DNA of 52,129 nucleotides from Candidatus Krumholzibacteriales bacterium (GCA_046483305.1 JAWODM010000029.1:1-52129), one strand, 5' to 3'. Positions 9,366 through 19,036 are shown, numbered from the stretch's first letter. A program made the numbers and translations. Notes: generated by a model not told the origin, from the letters alone.

Positions 9366-9926
9366 ATGTCATCAAGAATGATTATGGTTCCTGTTCTTGC
9401 CGCAGTCCTCTGCTCCCTTGTTCTCCCTGCCGCGGCGGCCGGACAGGATTCCACGTCCGTGAAGACGGAAAGCGGCCAGAAGCCGGAACAGGATTCCCCG
9501 GACAGTATCGCCGTTATCAGGATGGAGGATGGAGGTATTATCAAACTCGAGTTAATGCCGGACAAAGCCCCGCTTGCCGTAGCAAGGATCAGGAAACTGA
9601 TAAAATCGGGATTTTATGACGGGCTGGAGTTTCACCGGGTGGAGTCATACCTGGTTCAGACTGGCAAGAAGGATCACCAGTTTCCGCCGGTACCGGGCGA
9701 GATGTTCTCACAGTACATAAAACATACCACCGGTATGGTGGGTATGGCCCGGCTGCCCAACGATTACGACTCGGCGACTACCCAGTTCTATATCTGCAAG
9801 AAGGAGATACCCTCCATTGACGGGGAATATACCATGTTTGCGAGGGTTGTGGAGGGTATGGATGTCGTTCAGGAGATAGAAGAGGGAGACAGGATAGAGA
9901 GCTGTTTACTCTCTTCACGGAATTAA
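9366..9926 (+). CDS. Exported cyclophilin-type peptidyl-prolyl isomerase
   Basis: Signal peptide; GFYDGLEFHRVE, HTTGMVGMAR, SATTQFYI, DGEYTMFARVVEGMDVV. Confidence 0.92.
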   Translation: MSSRMIMVPVLAAVLCSLVLPAAAAGQDSTSVKTESGQKPEQDSPDSIAVIRMEDGGIIKLELMPDKAPLAVARIRKLIKSGFYDGLEFHRVESYLVQTGKKDHQFPPVPGEMFSQYIKHTTGMVGMARLPNDYDSATTQFYICKKEIPSIDGEYTMFARVVEGMDVVQEIEEGDRIESCLLSSRN

Positions 9927-9979
9927 CTCCTGATAATAGGGGAATCTTATACTGAATCAGCAGGAAAGGGGTCCATCTT

Positions 9980-11044
9980 ATGGAAGTGAACCCGGGAGAG
10001 AGGGCGGCAGTGGGGATGAGCGGCGGTGTTGACAGCACATTTGCCGCTTATGCTCTTATAAGAGAAGGATTCTCGGTCACCGGAATCACCCTGCGTTTCT
10101 TTTCAGGTATGGGTGATACTCAGGCCCGGAGAGAGGACCGTATCGTCGAGAGAGCCCGCCGCATATGCGGCAGCCTGGGTATAGAGCATCAGGCGGTGGA
10201 TGCCGGCGCCCTCTTCGATAAGAATGTTGTCGATTACCTGGTGAGCAGCTATGGCTTCGGGGAAACTCCGAATCCCTGCGTAATGTGCAATCAGTATGTC
10301 AAATTTCCCCTGATCGCCCGGGCGGCTGACCGGACAGGGGCGCGCTGGATAGCCACCGGACATTACGCCTCTACAGGAAGATTCAGGGGAATCCCGGTTG
10401 TCGCGGCTGCCGCCGACCGGAATAAGGATCAGTCTTATTTCCTGTACCGGGTAAGCCCTGAGCTCCTGGAAAGGTGTATCTTCCCTCTGGGGGAGGGAAA
10501 CAAGAAGGAAGTAATAAAGGCGGTCAGGGATATGGAGCTTCCGGCCGGGAGTGATGAAAGCCAGGATATATGCTTCCTGACCGAGGAGGGGCTGTTTCCT
10601 TTTCTGTCCGCGATACTGACTTCATCCAGCGGCGATGTGCTTGATCTGAAAGGTAATAAGATAGGTACCCACCGGGGATGCTGTTTCTATACGGTGGGGC
10701 AGAGAAAGGGCTTCGGCATATCGGCTCCAGCTCCGCTGTATGTGGTAGAGATAGACCCTGCCAGAAATGTGGTTATTCTTGGCCAGCGCGAGGACCTCTT
10801 TTCCAGGCTGGCGGTATGCCGGAATACCGTTATCAGGGGGAATCTGGAGGGGGTCGAGCTGAGCGCCAAAATCAGGTACAGGCACCCGCCCGCTCCGGTC
10901 GAGAGTATAGATTTTGATGAGGGCCGGATGACGGTCAGGTTCAGAGAGCCGCAGAGGGCGATTACTCCCGGCCAGTCTCTGGTTCTCTATCACCGGGGCA
11001 TGGTGGTGGGAGGCGGAATTATAATGAAAGTACCGGAAAAATGA
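9980..11044 (+). CDS. mnmA: tRNA 2-thiouridine(34) synthase
   Basis: MSGGVDS, TPNPCVMCN, ATGHYA, KDQSYFL, ESQDICF, YTVGQRKG, AITPGQSLV. Confidence 0.97.
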   Translation: MEVNPGERAAVGMSGGVDSTFAAYALIREGFSVTGITLRFFSGMGDTQARREDRIVERARRICGSLGIEHQAVDAGALFDKNVVDYLVSSYGFGETPNPCVMCNQYVKFPLIARAADRTGARWIATGHYASTGRFRGIPVVAAAADRNKDQSYFLYRVSPELLERCIFPLGEGNKKEVIKAVRDMELPAGSDESQDICFLTEEGLFPFLSAILTSSSGDVLDLKGNKIGTHRGCCFYTVGQRKGFGISAPAPLYVVEIDPARNVVILGQREDLFSRLAVCRNTVIRGNLEGVELSAKIRYRHPPAPVESIDFDEGRMTVRFREPQRAITPGQSLVLYHRGMVVGGGIIMKVPEK

Positions 11045-11973
11045 GATTCCTGATTCTGGCAGCCGCCTTCTCTCTCTTTTTCCCCTCAGGCGCGTATGGC
11101 TCGAAGAGTATTCCGGAAAACAGAACAACTGCGGGCGGAGGTTACGTAACCCTTTATTATCCCTCAAGGTACCGGAGATTGGCTCTCAGGACGAGAGAGA
11201 TTATTAATGAATCGGTCCGGGAGATAGCGGGCCAGTTTGGAATGTCAGGTATCGATTCGATAGACCTTTACATAGCTCCCGGAAGGGATGAGTATCTCGA
11301 GCTGTACCCGGGTGTTATCCCCGAATGGAGCGAAGCCTGCGGCAATATATCCGAGATGACCCTCTGTATAAATGCTGATGCGGTCCTTAAATCGGCAAGG
11401 CCCCTCAGGATAGTGGTAAGGCATGAACTTTCTCACCTTCTTCTTGCTCAAAGAATGGAAGGGGCCGGCTGTCCGCTATGGTTTCAGGAAGGTGTGGCGA
11501 TGGTTCAGTCCAGGGAATGGACCCTTGGGGATCAATGGCAGTTCCTGCTGGCGGTATGGCAGAAGGATTGCCCCTTCCTGGAGGATTTGAGTTACGCTTT
11601 TCCATCCGGAAACCGTAAATTAGCCTATATGCTCAGTTATTTTGCGGTGAGGGAGCTGTTCTCCGAGAGGGAGGGCGACCTGATAACTCTGACCGCTTTT
11701 ACCCGCGATCTGGGGGATTTCAGGAGGGCGTTTTTTCTTACCTTCGGTGAAACGGTTGAAGATTTCTCCATCAGGATAGATGTAATTATCAAGGATAAAT
11801 ACAGAAATGTTATTTTTCTGGCCGCCTCGGCGCCTTTCTGGAGCGCTATAGTGCTGCTGTTCATCGCCGCATATCTGTTCAAGAGGCGCCGGAGCAGAAG
11901 GAAATTGAGGGAGTGGGAAGAGCAGGAACGCGATTTGACAGGTGAAAACGGCTTCGGCGAGGAACCTTTATGA
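11041..11973 (+). CDS. Peptidase MA-like zinc metallopeptidase with C-terminal membrane anchor
   Basis: Signal peptide, RHELSH (HExxH), PLWFQEGVA, C-terminal TM followed by KRRRSRR. Confidence 0.8.
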   Translation: MRFLILAAAFSLFFPSGAYGSKSIPENRTTAGGGYVTLYYPSRYRRLALRTREIINESVREIAGQFGMSGIDSIDLYIAPGRDEYLELYPGVIPEWSEACGNISEMTLCINADAVLKSARPLRIVVRHELSHLLLAQRMEGAGCPLWFQEGVAMVQSREWTLGDQWQFLLAVWQKDCPFLEDLSYAFPSGNRKLAYMLSYFAVRELFSEREGDLITLTAFTRDLGDFRRAFFLTFGETVEDFSIRIDVIIKDKYRNVIFLAASAPFWSAIVLLFIAAYLFKRRRSRRKLREWEEQERDLTGENGFGEEPL

Positions 11974-12038
11974 TTTTCCTCCGTTTAAGATACGGGGAGC
12001 CCCGGGGTTATTTAATTGACGGGTATGGAATACTTGAT

Positions 12039-12067
12039 TTGACAATGGAAGATTTAATTTTTATACT
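12039..12067 (+). promoter_or_regulatory. sigma70 promoter of the tRNA cluster
   Basis: TTGACA-17 bp-TATACT, near consensus, about 70 bp before the first tRNA. Confidence 0.8.
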
Positions 12068-12135
12068 ACGGAGTCAGTTTATACAGGGGATAAGGCGTGA
12101 AACTAAGCTTTCATGCCGGGAGGGTTAAGGTTTTC

Positions 12136-12219
12136 GGAGGGCTAGTCCTAACTGGTAAGGCAGCGGTCTTGAAAACCGCCGCGCGCGAGCGCATGGGGGT
12201 TCGAATCCCTCGCCCTCCG
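12136..12219 (+). tRNA. tRNA-Ser(TGA)
   Basis: Acceptor GGAGGGC/GCCCTCC with G discriminator, anticodon arm GCGGT-CT TGA AA-ACCGC, long variable arm, GGTTCGAATCC; CCA not encoded. Confidence 0.95.
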
Positions 12220-12320
12220 CAGAAAAATAATTAATATCCAACATTGGCAGACGGCAGGGTTGGATAGGCTGATTTGAGCGGGCGGATTCTGTCGCTGCTC
12301 ATTCAGCGGCTGAACACTCA

Positions 12321-12414
<94 letters not shown>

Positions 12415-12422
12415 CATCATAT

Positions 12423-12496
12423 GCGCCCATAGCTCAATTGGATAGAGCGTCTGGCTACGGACCAGAAGGTTGGGGGTTCGAATCCTCCTGGGCGTA
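12423..12496 (+). tRNA. tRNA-Arg(ACG)
   Basis: GCGCCCA/TGGGCGT, D-arm TAGCTCAATTGGATAGAGC, anticodon arm TCTGG-CT ACG GA-CCAGA; CCA not encoded. Confidence 0.97.
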
Positions 12497-12583
12497 TTTA
12501 TCTTGCTTTCCGGCAATTCAAATCCGGCGATTTCCTTGCAATAGCCATATTTTCTTGTAAATTTAGGTGAACCGATAAAATTC

Positions 12584-12613
12584 TTGACTGCCAGTCGGGA
12601 TTTCGGTTAGAAT
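12584..12613 (+). promoter_or_regulatory. Putative sigma70 promoter of the por operon
   Basis: TTGACT-18 bp-TAGAAT about 100 bp upstream of ATG 12711. Confidence 0.55.
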
Positions 12614-12710
12614 CTGAAACCCATTAGTCTTTAGGAACAGGAGTAAATATCCTTATTTCCACGGAATTAAGAAGTTACAAGCCGTTAATTAATACTGAAG
12701 GGAAACAGCA

Positions 12711-13277
12711 ATGATAGAGATAAGAACACATGGCAGGGGAGGGCAGGGGTCTGTAATCGCTTCGGAGATACTGGCGGACGCCTTTTTTCGCGAAGGGAAA
12801 TTTGTTCAGGCGTTTCCCGCTTTCGGAGTGGAGCGCCGGGGCGCGCCGGTAATGGCGTTCACACGGGTTTCTGACACTGAAATAAGGGAAAGGTGCCAGA
12901 TTTATCATCCCGACCACCTGGTGGTCCTGGATGCCGTTCTGATCGATACCGTTAATATAACCGACGGGCTGAAAAAAGGCGGCTGGATACTGATTAATAC
13001 CGGCGAGGATATGTCCAATTCGGATCTTCTCAGCAATAACAATGTGGCTACTGTTAATGCCAGTAAAATAGCGATAAAGCATGGGCTGGGATCAAGGTCG
13101 GCCCCGATAGTGAATACTGCCATCGTGGGAGCTTTTGCCGCCGTGACCGGCCTGGTCAGCCTGGATGCCGTACAGGAGGCTATCAAGGCCTTTGTTCCCA
13201 TGAAGGAAGAGGAGAATGCGGAAGCGGCAAGGGAAGCACACGAACAGGTCAGGAAAACCGAAATGAAACAGGAGTAA
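12711..13277 (+). CDS. porC: 2-oxoacid:acceptor oxidoreductase gamma subunit
   Basis: MIEIRTHGRGGQGSV, AFPAFGVERRGAPV, IVNTAIVGA. Confidence 0.93.
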   Translation: MIEIRTHGRGGQGSVIASEILADAFFREGKFVQAFPAFGVERRGAPVMAFTRVSDTEIRERCQIYHPDHLVVLDAVLIDTVNITDGLKKGGWILINTGEDMSNSDLLSNNNVATVNASKIAIKHGLGSRSAPIVNTAIVGAFAAVTGLVSLDAVQEAIKAFVPMKEEENAEAAREAHEQVRKTEMKQE

Positions 13278-13318
13278 TATTTTTCTCGCGAATTCCGCGG
13301 CCGGAAACTGGAGGATAA

Positions 13319-14992
13319 ATGAGCAGGAAAACAGAATTCAGCAGTTATAAGGAAATGCCGATTCGTCCGATGACCATTGCCGATATGCTCTGGAATGAGA
13401 CAGGTTCCTGGAGAAATGTAAGGCCTGTTTATTCCCGGGCAATATCTCCCTGCATCCAGGGATGCCCCGCCGGTGAAAATATACAGCACTATATTCAGCT
13501 TATCCTGGACGGGGATTACAGGGCGGCGTGGGAAACGATAATTGAAACCAATCCGATGCCGGCGGTTACCGGAAGGGTATGTTACCATCCATGCATGACC
13601 AAATGCACCAGGAGTGATTATGACGAATCGATAAATATTATTTCACTGGAGAGGGCTCTTGGCGATAAGGGGCTTGAAAACCCAGGGTGGATGAAGAAGT
13701 CGAAGGCAGCCAGAGATGAGAAAGTGGCGGTAGTGGGAGGAGGGCCGGCCGGGCTTTCCTGCGCTTTCTACCTTGCCCGTTCAGGTTATCCGGTAACCAT
13801 TTTCGAAGCTGACACCGAATTGGGCGGAGTGCTCCGGTGGGGAATACCGGAATACCGCCTTCCCAAAGAAATACTGGACAAGGTAATCAATAGCATAGTG
13901 GAATCGGGCCCGATCGAAGTTGTCACCGGGGTAAAGGTTGGAACTGATAAATCCCTCGAAGAACTTGAGGGTGAGTTCGATGCCGTGTTCCTGGGTGTCG
14001 GTCTGAGCGGCAGCAGGGAGCTGGGACTTGACAATGAGGATTGCGAGGGCGTCCGGAAGGGCCTGGATTTTCTGAGAGAGGTCAACAGCGGCAGGAATCC
14101 TGAAGCAGGTGGAAAGGTGGCTGTGATCGGCGGAGGAAACACCGCCATGGACGTGGCGCGATGCGCGCTGAGGCTGGGAGGTGACGTTACCGTGGTTTAC
14201 AGGAGGACTCTGGCCGAGATGCCCGCGATAGCCGATGAAATAGAAGAAGCCAGGGAAGAGGGAGTCAAGTTCGAATATCTGGCGTCCCCCAGGGAAATTA
14301 TTGCGAAAGACGGCAAACTCAGCAGGGTGGTTTTCCAGAAAATGGAACTGGGCGAGCCGGATGAATCGGGGCGCCGCCGTCCCGTACCGGTTGAGGGCGA
14401 AGAATTCACCATGGAAGTGGATAATCTCTTCACCGCCATAGGTGAAACCTCAGATCTGGAGGGCTTCGAAGAGGCCCTGGATACCAGGTGGAACCTTCTG
14501 AACGTCTCGGGGGAATACGGCCGGACCAGCAGAGACCGGTTCTTCGCGGGCGGAGATATAGTGACCGGCGCGGCCAGTGTGGTGGAGGCGGTGGCGGCTG
14601 GAAGGAGATCGGCGGAGAAGATGGACAGGGTGTTCCGGGGTGCCGATGATCCGGTGGAGGAAGAATATGAGGAGTTCGGGATAGAGAAGATAAATACGGA
14701 CTATTTCCCGAAACTCAAGCAGAATTCCCAACCCAGGATTCTCCCCAATGAGGCCAGAAAAGATTTCAGCGAGATTATGAAGGGGTATGATGAAGACCTT
14801 ATTCAGAAGGAAGCCGAGCGGTGTTTCTCCTGCGGAGTATGCAATTACTGTGATAACTGCTGGATTTTCTGCCCTGACACGGCGATTATCCGCAGGGAAG
14901 ACGAATATGAGATAAACTATGATTACTGCAAAGGTTGCCTGGTATGCGTACAGGAGTGCCCGCGCAACGTTTTTGTCATAGAGGAGGAGTAA
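13319..14992 (+). CDS. PorD (delta) subunit with inserted GltD/NfnA-like FAD/NAD(P)H-binding Fe-S module
   Basis: PorD-type ETGSWRNVRPV at the N-terminus; PCIQGCPAG..GRVCYHPCMTKCTR; GGGPAG; GGGNTAMD..YRRT; C-terminal 2x[4Fe-4S] CNYCDNCWIFCPD..YDYCKGCLVCVQECP. Confidence 0.85.
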   Translation: MSRKTEFSSYKEMPIRPMTIADMLWNETGSWRNVRPVYSRAISPCIQGCPAGENIQHYIQLILDGDYRAAWETIIETNPMPAVTGRVCYHPCMTKCTRSDYDESINIISLERALGDKGLENPGWMKKSKAARDEKVAVVGGGPAGLSCAFYLARSGYPVTIFEADTELGGVLRWGIPEYRLPKEILDKVINSIVESGPIEVVTGVKVGTDKSLEELEGEFDAVFLGVGLSGSRELGLDNEDCEGVRKGLDFLREVNSGRNPEAGGKVAVIGGGNTAMDVARCALRLGGDVTVVYRRTLAEMPAIADEIEEAREEGVKFEYLASPREIIAKDGKLSRVVFQKMELGEPDESGRRRPVPVEGEEFTMEVDNLFTAIGETSDLEGFEEALDTRWNLLNVSGEYGRTSRDRFFAGGDIVTGAASVVEAVAAGRRSAEKMDRVFRGADDPVEEEYEEFGIEKINTDYFPKLKQNSQPRILPNEARKDFSEIMKGYDEDLIQKEAERCFSCGVCNYCDNCWIFCPDTAIIRREDEYEINYDYCKGCLVCVQECPRNVFVIEEE

Positions 14993-14994
14993 AT

Positions 14995-16146
14995 ATGAAA
15001 AAGACCATAATGGGAAATCACGCCGTAAGCTATGGTGTGCGGGCGTCAGAAGCGAAGGTGATTTCCGCCTATCCGATAACTCCCCAGACACACGTGGTTG
15101 AGCTTCTTTCGGAGATGTGCGCGAGTGGCGAAATAGATGCCAAATTCATAAAGGTCGAATCGGAGCACAGCGCCATGGCGGCATGCGTGGGCGCTTCGGC
15201 AGCCGGGTCGCGCGCCTTTACTGCCACCTCCTCACAGGGGCTTCTGCTGATGACAGAGATGCTTCACTGGGCTGTTGGATCCAGGCTGCCAATAGTGCTG
15301 GCTAATATAAACAGGGCGATAGGCCCGCCCTGGTCTATATGGACCGACCAGAATGATTCTCTGTCCATGAGAGATGTGGGCTGGATTCAGATATACTGCG
15401 AGAGCAATCAGGAGACGCAGGACACTATTCCCCAGGCTTTCAAGATAGCCGAACAGCTTCAATTGCCGGTAATGCTGGTGCTGGACGCATTTTTCCTTTC
15501 TCATACTTACGAGATAGTTGATATTCTGGAAGCGAAGGAAGTAAGGGAATTCCTTCCCGAGTACAAACCGGAGATCAAACTGGACGTTAACGATCCCCAT
15601 TCATTCGGCAACCTGGCCAGCCCCGACTATTACATGGAGCTTCGCTACATGATCGAGGAGGCGATGGGTGAAGCGAGAGGGCTGATAGAGAAGACGGGGA
15701 AGGAGTTCGGTGAGCATTTCGGACGTGAATACGGCCTGGTTCACCCGTATCGATGCGATGACGCAGAGATAATTATGGTTTGCTCGGGAACAGTTGCATC
15801 GACCGTCCGGGCCGTTGTCGATGAAATGAGGGATGAGGGAATTAAGATAGGGTCGCTTAAAATAAGGGTATTCAGGCCGTTCCCATTCGAGGAGGTAAAG
15901 AAAATCCTCAGTTCGGCAGAGAAGGTGGCGGTTCTTGATCGAAATATCTCCTTCGGAAACCATGGAATATTCTTCCAGGAAGTCAAAAGCGCTCTCTACG
16001 GTTATACGGATATTCCAATAATTGGCTATATTCTTGGCCTTGGAGGTCGCGATATCACACCCGATGTGCTGAGAGATGTCGCCGACATGGCGATTAATGA
16101 TAAAAACCCCGAACCTTATATTAACTGGATTGGAGTGAAGAAATGA
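14995..16146 (+). CDS. porA: 2-oxoacid:acceptor oxidoreductase alpha subunit
   Basis: MGNHAVS..AYPITPQT, VESEHSAM, TATSSQGL; start moved to ATG 14995 after GGAGGAG. Confidence 0.95.
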   Translation: MKKTIMGNHAVSYGVRASEAKVISAYPITPQTHVVELLSEMCASGEIDAKFIKVESEHSAMAACVGASAAGSRAFTATSSQGLLLMTEMLHWAVGSRLPIVLANINRAIGPPWSIWTDQNDSLSMRDVGWIQIYCESNQETQDTIPQAFKIAEQLQLPVMLVLDAFFLSHTYEIVDILEAKEVREFLPEYKPEIKLDVNDPHSFGNLASPDYYMELRYMIEEAMGEARGLIEKTGKEFGEHFGREYGLVHPYRCDDAEIIMVCSGTVASTVRAVVDEMRDEGIKIGSLKIRVFRPFPFEEVKKILSSAEKVAVLDRNISFGNHGIFFQEVKSALYGYTDIPIIGYILGLGGRDITPDVLRDVADMAINDKNPEPYINWIGVKK

Positions 16147-17060
16147 AAGAAGCCAGGATCTCAACGGAAGAACTGATGGGCTCAGGGCATCTGGCCTGCC
16201 AGGGCTGCGGAGCTACACAGGCGATGCGCCTTGCCCTGAAAGCTCTCGGCAAGAATACTGTGTTGGTTATACCGGCATGCTGCTGGTCTGTGATTGACGG
16301 TTCTTTCCCTCATTCCGCGGTGAACCTGCCCATCTTTCATACCGCGTTCGAGACAGCGGCGGTAGCCGCTTCCGGCGTGAAGGCGGGCCTTCAGATGCGG
16401 GGGGATACGGATTCCACTGTGGTTGCCTGGGCCGGCGACGGAGGTACTTACGATATCGGCCTTCAGGCTCTTTCAGGAGCAGCGGAGCGTAATGAGGATA
16501 TCATATATGTCTGCTATGATAACGAAGCGTACATGAACACCGGTATACAGAGGAGTTCCTCCACTCCACTGGGAGCCTGGACTACCACTACGCCGGTGAC
16601 CAATTACAAGAAGAGGCCAAAGAAGAATATGATAGATATTATGGCGGCCCATTCGATACCCTATGTAGCTACTACCTCGGTCGCCTACCCGGAAGACCTG
16701 ATAAATAAGTTCAAGAAGGCCAAAGATATAAAGGGAACCAGATATATTCAGATTATAGCTCCCTGTCCCACCGGCTGGAAGCTGGATCCCAAACTTACCA
16801 TATGGATAGCCCGCCGGGCGGTCACCGCCAGGGTTTATCCCATGGTTGAAGTAACCGAGAATGGCGAAAAATTGTCAGTCTTCAAGGACTTCGAGCCGAC
16901 CCCTTTCAGTGAGTATATCAAAGCCCAGGGAAGGTTCAGGCACCTCAGCGACAAAGAAATCGCCGCCATGGAAAAAGGAGTGGAGACAACCTGGAAGAAG
17001 CTTCTGGCCAAGGAAAAGATGCTCGGCTCCATACCGGGAATGGATGATTTGGAAGACTGA
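16143..17060 (+). CDS. porB: 2-oxoacid:acceptor oxidoreductase beta subunit (TPP-binding)
   Basis: GHLACQGCG, GDGGTYDIG..YDNEAYMNTGIQRS, PCPTGW. Confidence 0.95.
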   Translation: MKEARISTEELMGSGHLACQGCGATQAMRLALKALGKNTVLVIPACCWSVIDGSFPHSAVNLPIFHTAFETAAVAASGVKAGLQMRGDTDSTVVAWAGDGGTYDIGLQALSGAAERNEDIIYVCYDNEAYMNTGIQRSSSTPLGAWTTTTPVTNYKKRPKKNMIDIMAAHSIPYVATTSVAYPEDLINKFKKAKDIKGTRYIQIIAPCPTGWKLDPKLTIWIARRAVTARVYPMVEVTENGEKLSVFKDFEPTPFSEYIKAQGRFRHLSDKEIAAMEKGVETTWKKLLAKEKMLGSIPGMDDLED

Positions 17061-17384
17061 AGGTTTCATTAATTTCCTTTCGGGCGGTTCTCTCCGTTCA
17101 TGAAACAGGGAGCGGGGTATCCCGCTCAAAGTCTCATGAATTACCGGTGCATCTTATTAACTTTCCCCGGCACGCCTGCCGCGAACAGGGTGCCCCGTAT
17201 TTCCGTATAGTTACCCATCGCAACCTATAGTCTGTCTAACTTATTTTATTACAATTATATATCGCATTATAAAAAACTGATAATGCAACTGATATTTGCA
17301 ATTTGATATTTAATTTAACCGCGGTATCAGAGGGCGCTCTTTATAACTGGTTGAATATTCTGATCTTAAGAAAAAGAGTGTTAA

Positions 17385-17400
17385 TTGGTACGGGTTTAGC
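17385..17400 (+). promoter_or_regulatory. Putative sigma54 (-24/-12) promoter
   Basis: TTGGTACGGGTTTAGC has GG-N10-GC spacing, close to consensus TGGCAC-N5-TTGC, 40 bp upstream of the pilin-like gene. Confidence 0.5.
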
Positions 17401-17440
17401 CATTAGTAACCGGCGTAAAGGAAGATTCGGAGGAGAATAA

Positions 17441-18052
17441 ATGAAGACGCTGGAGAAACAGAACAGAAGAGGCTTTGCCTTCGTAGAGATGATGGTAATA
17501 ATATCGGTATTGGGCCTGATTCTCGCGGTTGGAACACAGCCTCTGATTCGATACCTGAGGCATAGCCAGTCAAGCAACTCGGCTCAACTGGTGGCTGGAA
17601 TTCTGAGAAAGGCCAGAAGCCGGGCAATATGTGAAAAGAACGAATATGTGGTATTCTTCGATCTGGCTAATTCCAGTCTGAGCATCCTTGATGATGACGG
17701 CGGCGGAAAAGGGAATCCTTCTGATCCACGGTTTGTGGAAGCGAACAGGGGCAACGGCGCACATGACCCGGGCGAAATAATCATGGGCCCGTTTACTCTC
17801 CCCGCCGGCCAGGTATTCGGTTTCGTGGGAAGCGCTGTAGACCGGGAGGGAAATTATATATCGGCGCCGATAACATTTTCCGGAAGCCCGCCCAGGGTAA
17901 TATTCTACCCTGACGGAAGCGCTAACGAGAAAGGGCTGGTCTTTGTAATGCCCGGTGAAAATTTCCGGAGACAGGAGAAGGGATTGGATAAAATGCTGAT
18001 GGTTGAAAGGTCTACCGGGAATGTTGCCATAGAGGACCCTGAATATAATTGA
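17441..18052 (+). CDS. Type IV pilin/pseudopilin, GspH/FimT-like
   Basis: Class III signal RRG|FAFVEMMVII (E at +5), LRKARSRAI, VIFYPDGSA, terminal VERSTGNV. Confidence 0.85.
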   Translation: MKTLEKQNRRGFAFVEMMVIISVLGLILAVGTQPLIRYLRHSQSSNSAQLVAGILRKARSRAICEKNEYVVFFDLANSSLSILDDDGGGKGNPSDPRFVEANRGNGAHDPGEIIMGPFTLPAGQVFGFVGSAVDREGNYISAPITFSGSPPRVIFYPDGSANEKGLVFVMPGENFRRQEKGLDKMLMVERSTGNVAIEDPEYN

Positions 18053-18244
18053 TCAGCCAACCCCTGTTTACCTGAAAACCAGCCCGGGCAGTTTCATCAG
18101 AAACCGGTTTTACCGGGATAACTCCGGGCCGCTTCGTTCTGCCTGAGAAGGTGCACAGACCGCTGTTCACTTGCAAGTGCCTTTATAAACAATCTATTAC
18201 ATTAATCAAATAAGGCGTGCCGGTATTTCAGGGCCTTTTAGCTG

Positions 18245-18274
18245 TTGACATCCGGTATCAGGCGGTATTACCAT
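18245..18274 (+). promoter_or_regulatory. Putative sigma70 promoter
   Basis: TTGACA-18 bp-TACCAT upstream of GTG 18320. Confidence 0.5.
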
Positions 18275-18319
18275 TAAATCCGGTTGTGCAGTATACCATA
18301 ATAATCAGAGGGAGTTCAC

Positions 18320-19036
18320 GTGAATAAGATAATGGGTTTCAGTCTGGCTGCCGTTTTGTTCCTTCTGCCATCATGCAGGGCGCAGCACCCTTCCAGCATA
18401 AAGGTGGATCCAGAATTTGAGCCCAATGAAATACGCAGAGTGCTGGTAGCGCCGGTGATAAGTTCTGTTCCCGAGGGGGATGACCCCAGGAGAGAATCTG
18501 AGATACTTACCCGCCATATTCTGTGGGAAAATCTTATGACCAGGGATGATTACGTATTTATCTCGCCCCAGCAGTTCAGGATGGTGATGGAGAGGGAGGC
18601 GGGAAGCGGCGCATTCGCTGAATTCAGGGATAACTGGCTGAGGGGTGAGGGAGCCGACGTCCGGATGGTGAGGCTGTTGAGAGAAAATCTCGATTTCGAT
18701 GCAATTCTTCTGCCGGAGGTAATGCTCTGGCACAAGGATGAGGCCGATTACCGCGAATCCGGCACTTCCTCTGCAACCCAGGTAGGGATGAAGCTCTATT
18801 TTATAGATCCCCTCTCGGGAAATGTGCTCTGGGAAGCTACCGATGAAAATTATATGGAGGGGGTCAGAACCGAAGGGGACCGGGTCGAAGTTGTGGGATC
18901 CGGAGGTTATGACAGGCGGATAAGCGGTATTACCGCTACCGGCAAGGACATGTATTCGGCTCCGGCCTTTGAGAACGTGCTGATCAAGGTGGTGGAAGTT
19001 CTGGTCGCCTCGATCCCTTCCCATTCCCTGAAGTAA
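18320..19036 (+). CDS. Lipoprotein of unknown function
   Basis: Lipobox-like LLPSC; IRRVLVAPV and LYFIDPLSGNVLWEA resemble alpha/beta lipoproteins of the CsgG/LpoB type. Confidence 0.6.
   Translation: MNKIMGFSLAAVLFLLPSCRAQHPSSIKVDPEFEPNEIRRVLVAPVISSVPEGDDPRRESEILTRHILWENLMTRDDYVFISPQQFRMVMEREAGSGAFAEFRDNWLRGEGADVRMVRLLRENLDFDAILLPEVMLWHKDEADYRESGTSSATQVGMKLYFIDPLSGNVLWEATDENYMEGVRTEGDRVEVVGSGGYDRRISGITATGKDMYSAPAFENVLIKVVEVLVASIPSHSLK

Noticed and set aside
18085..18111. Possible third copy of the repeat (GGCAGTTTC..AGAAACCG, reverse orientation)
   Set aside because: Two short matches with a gap that do not extend; indistinguishable from chance.
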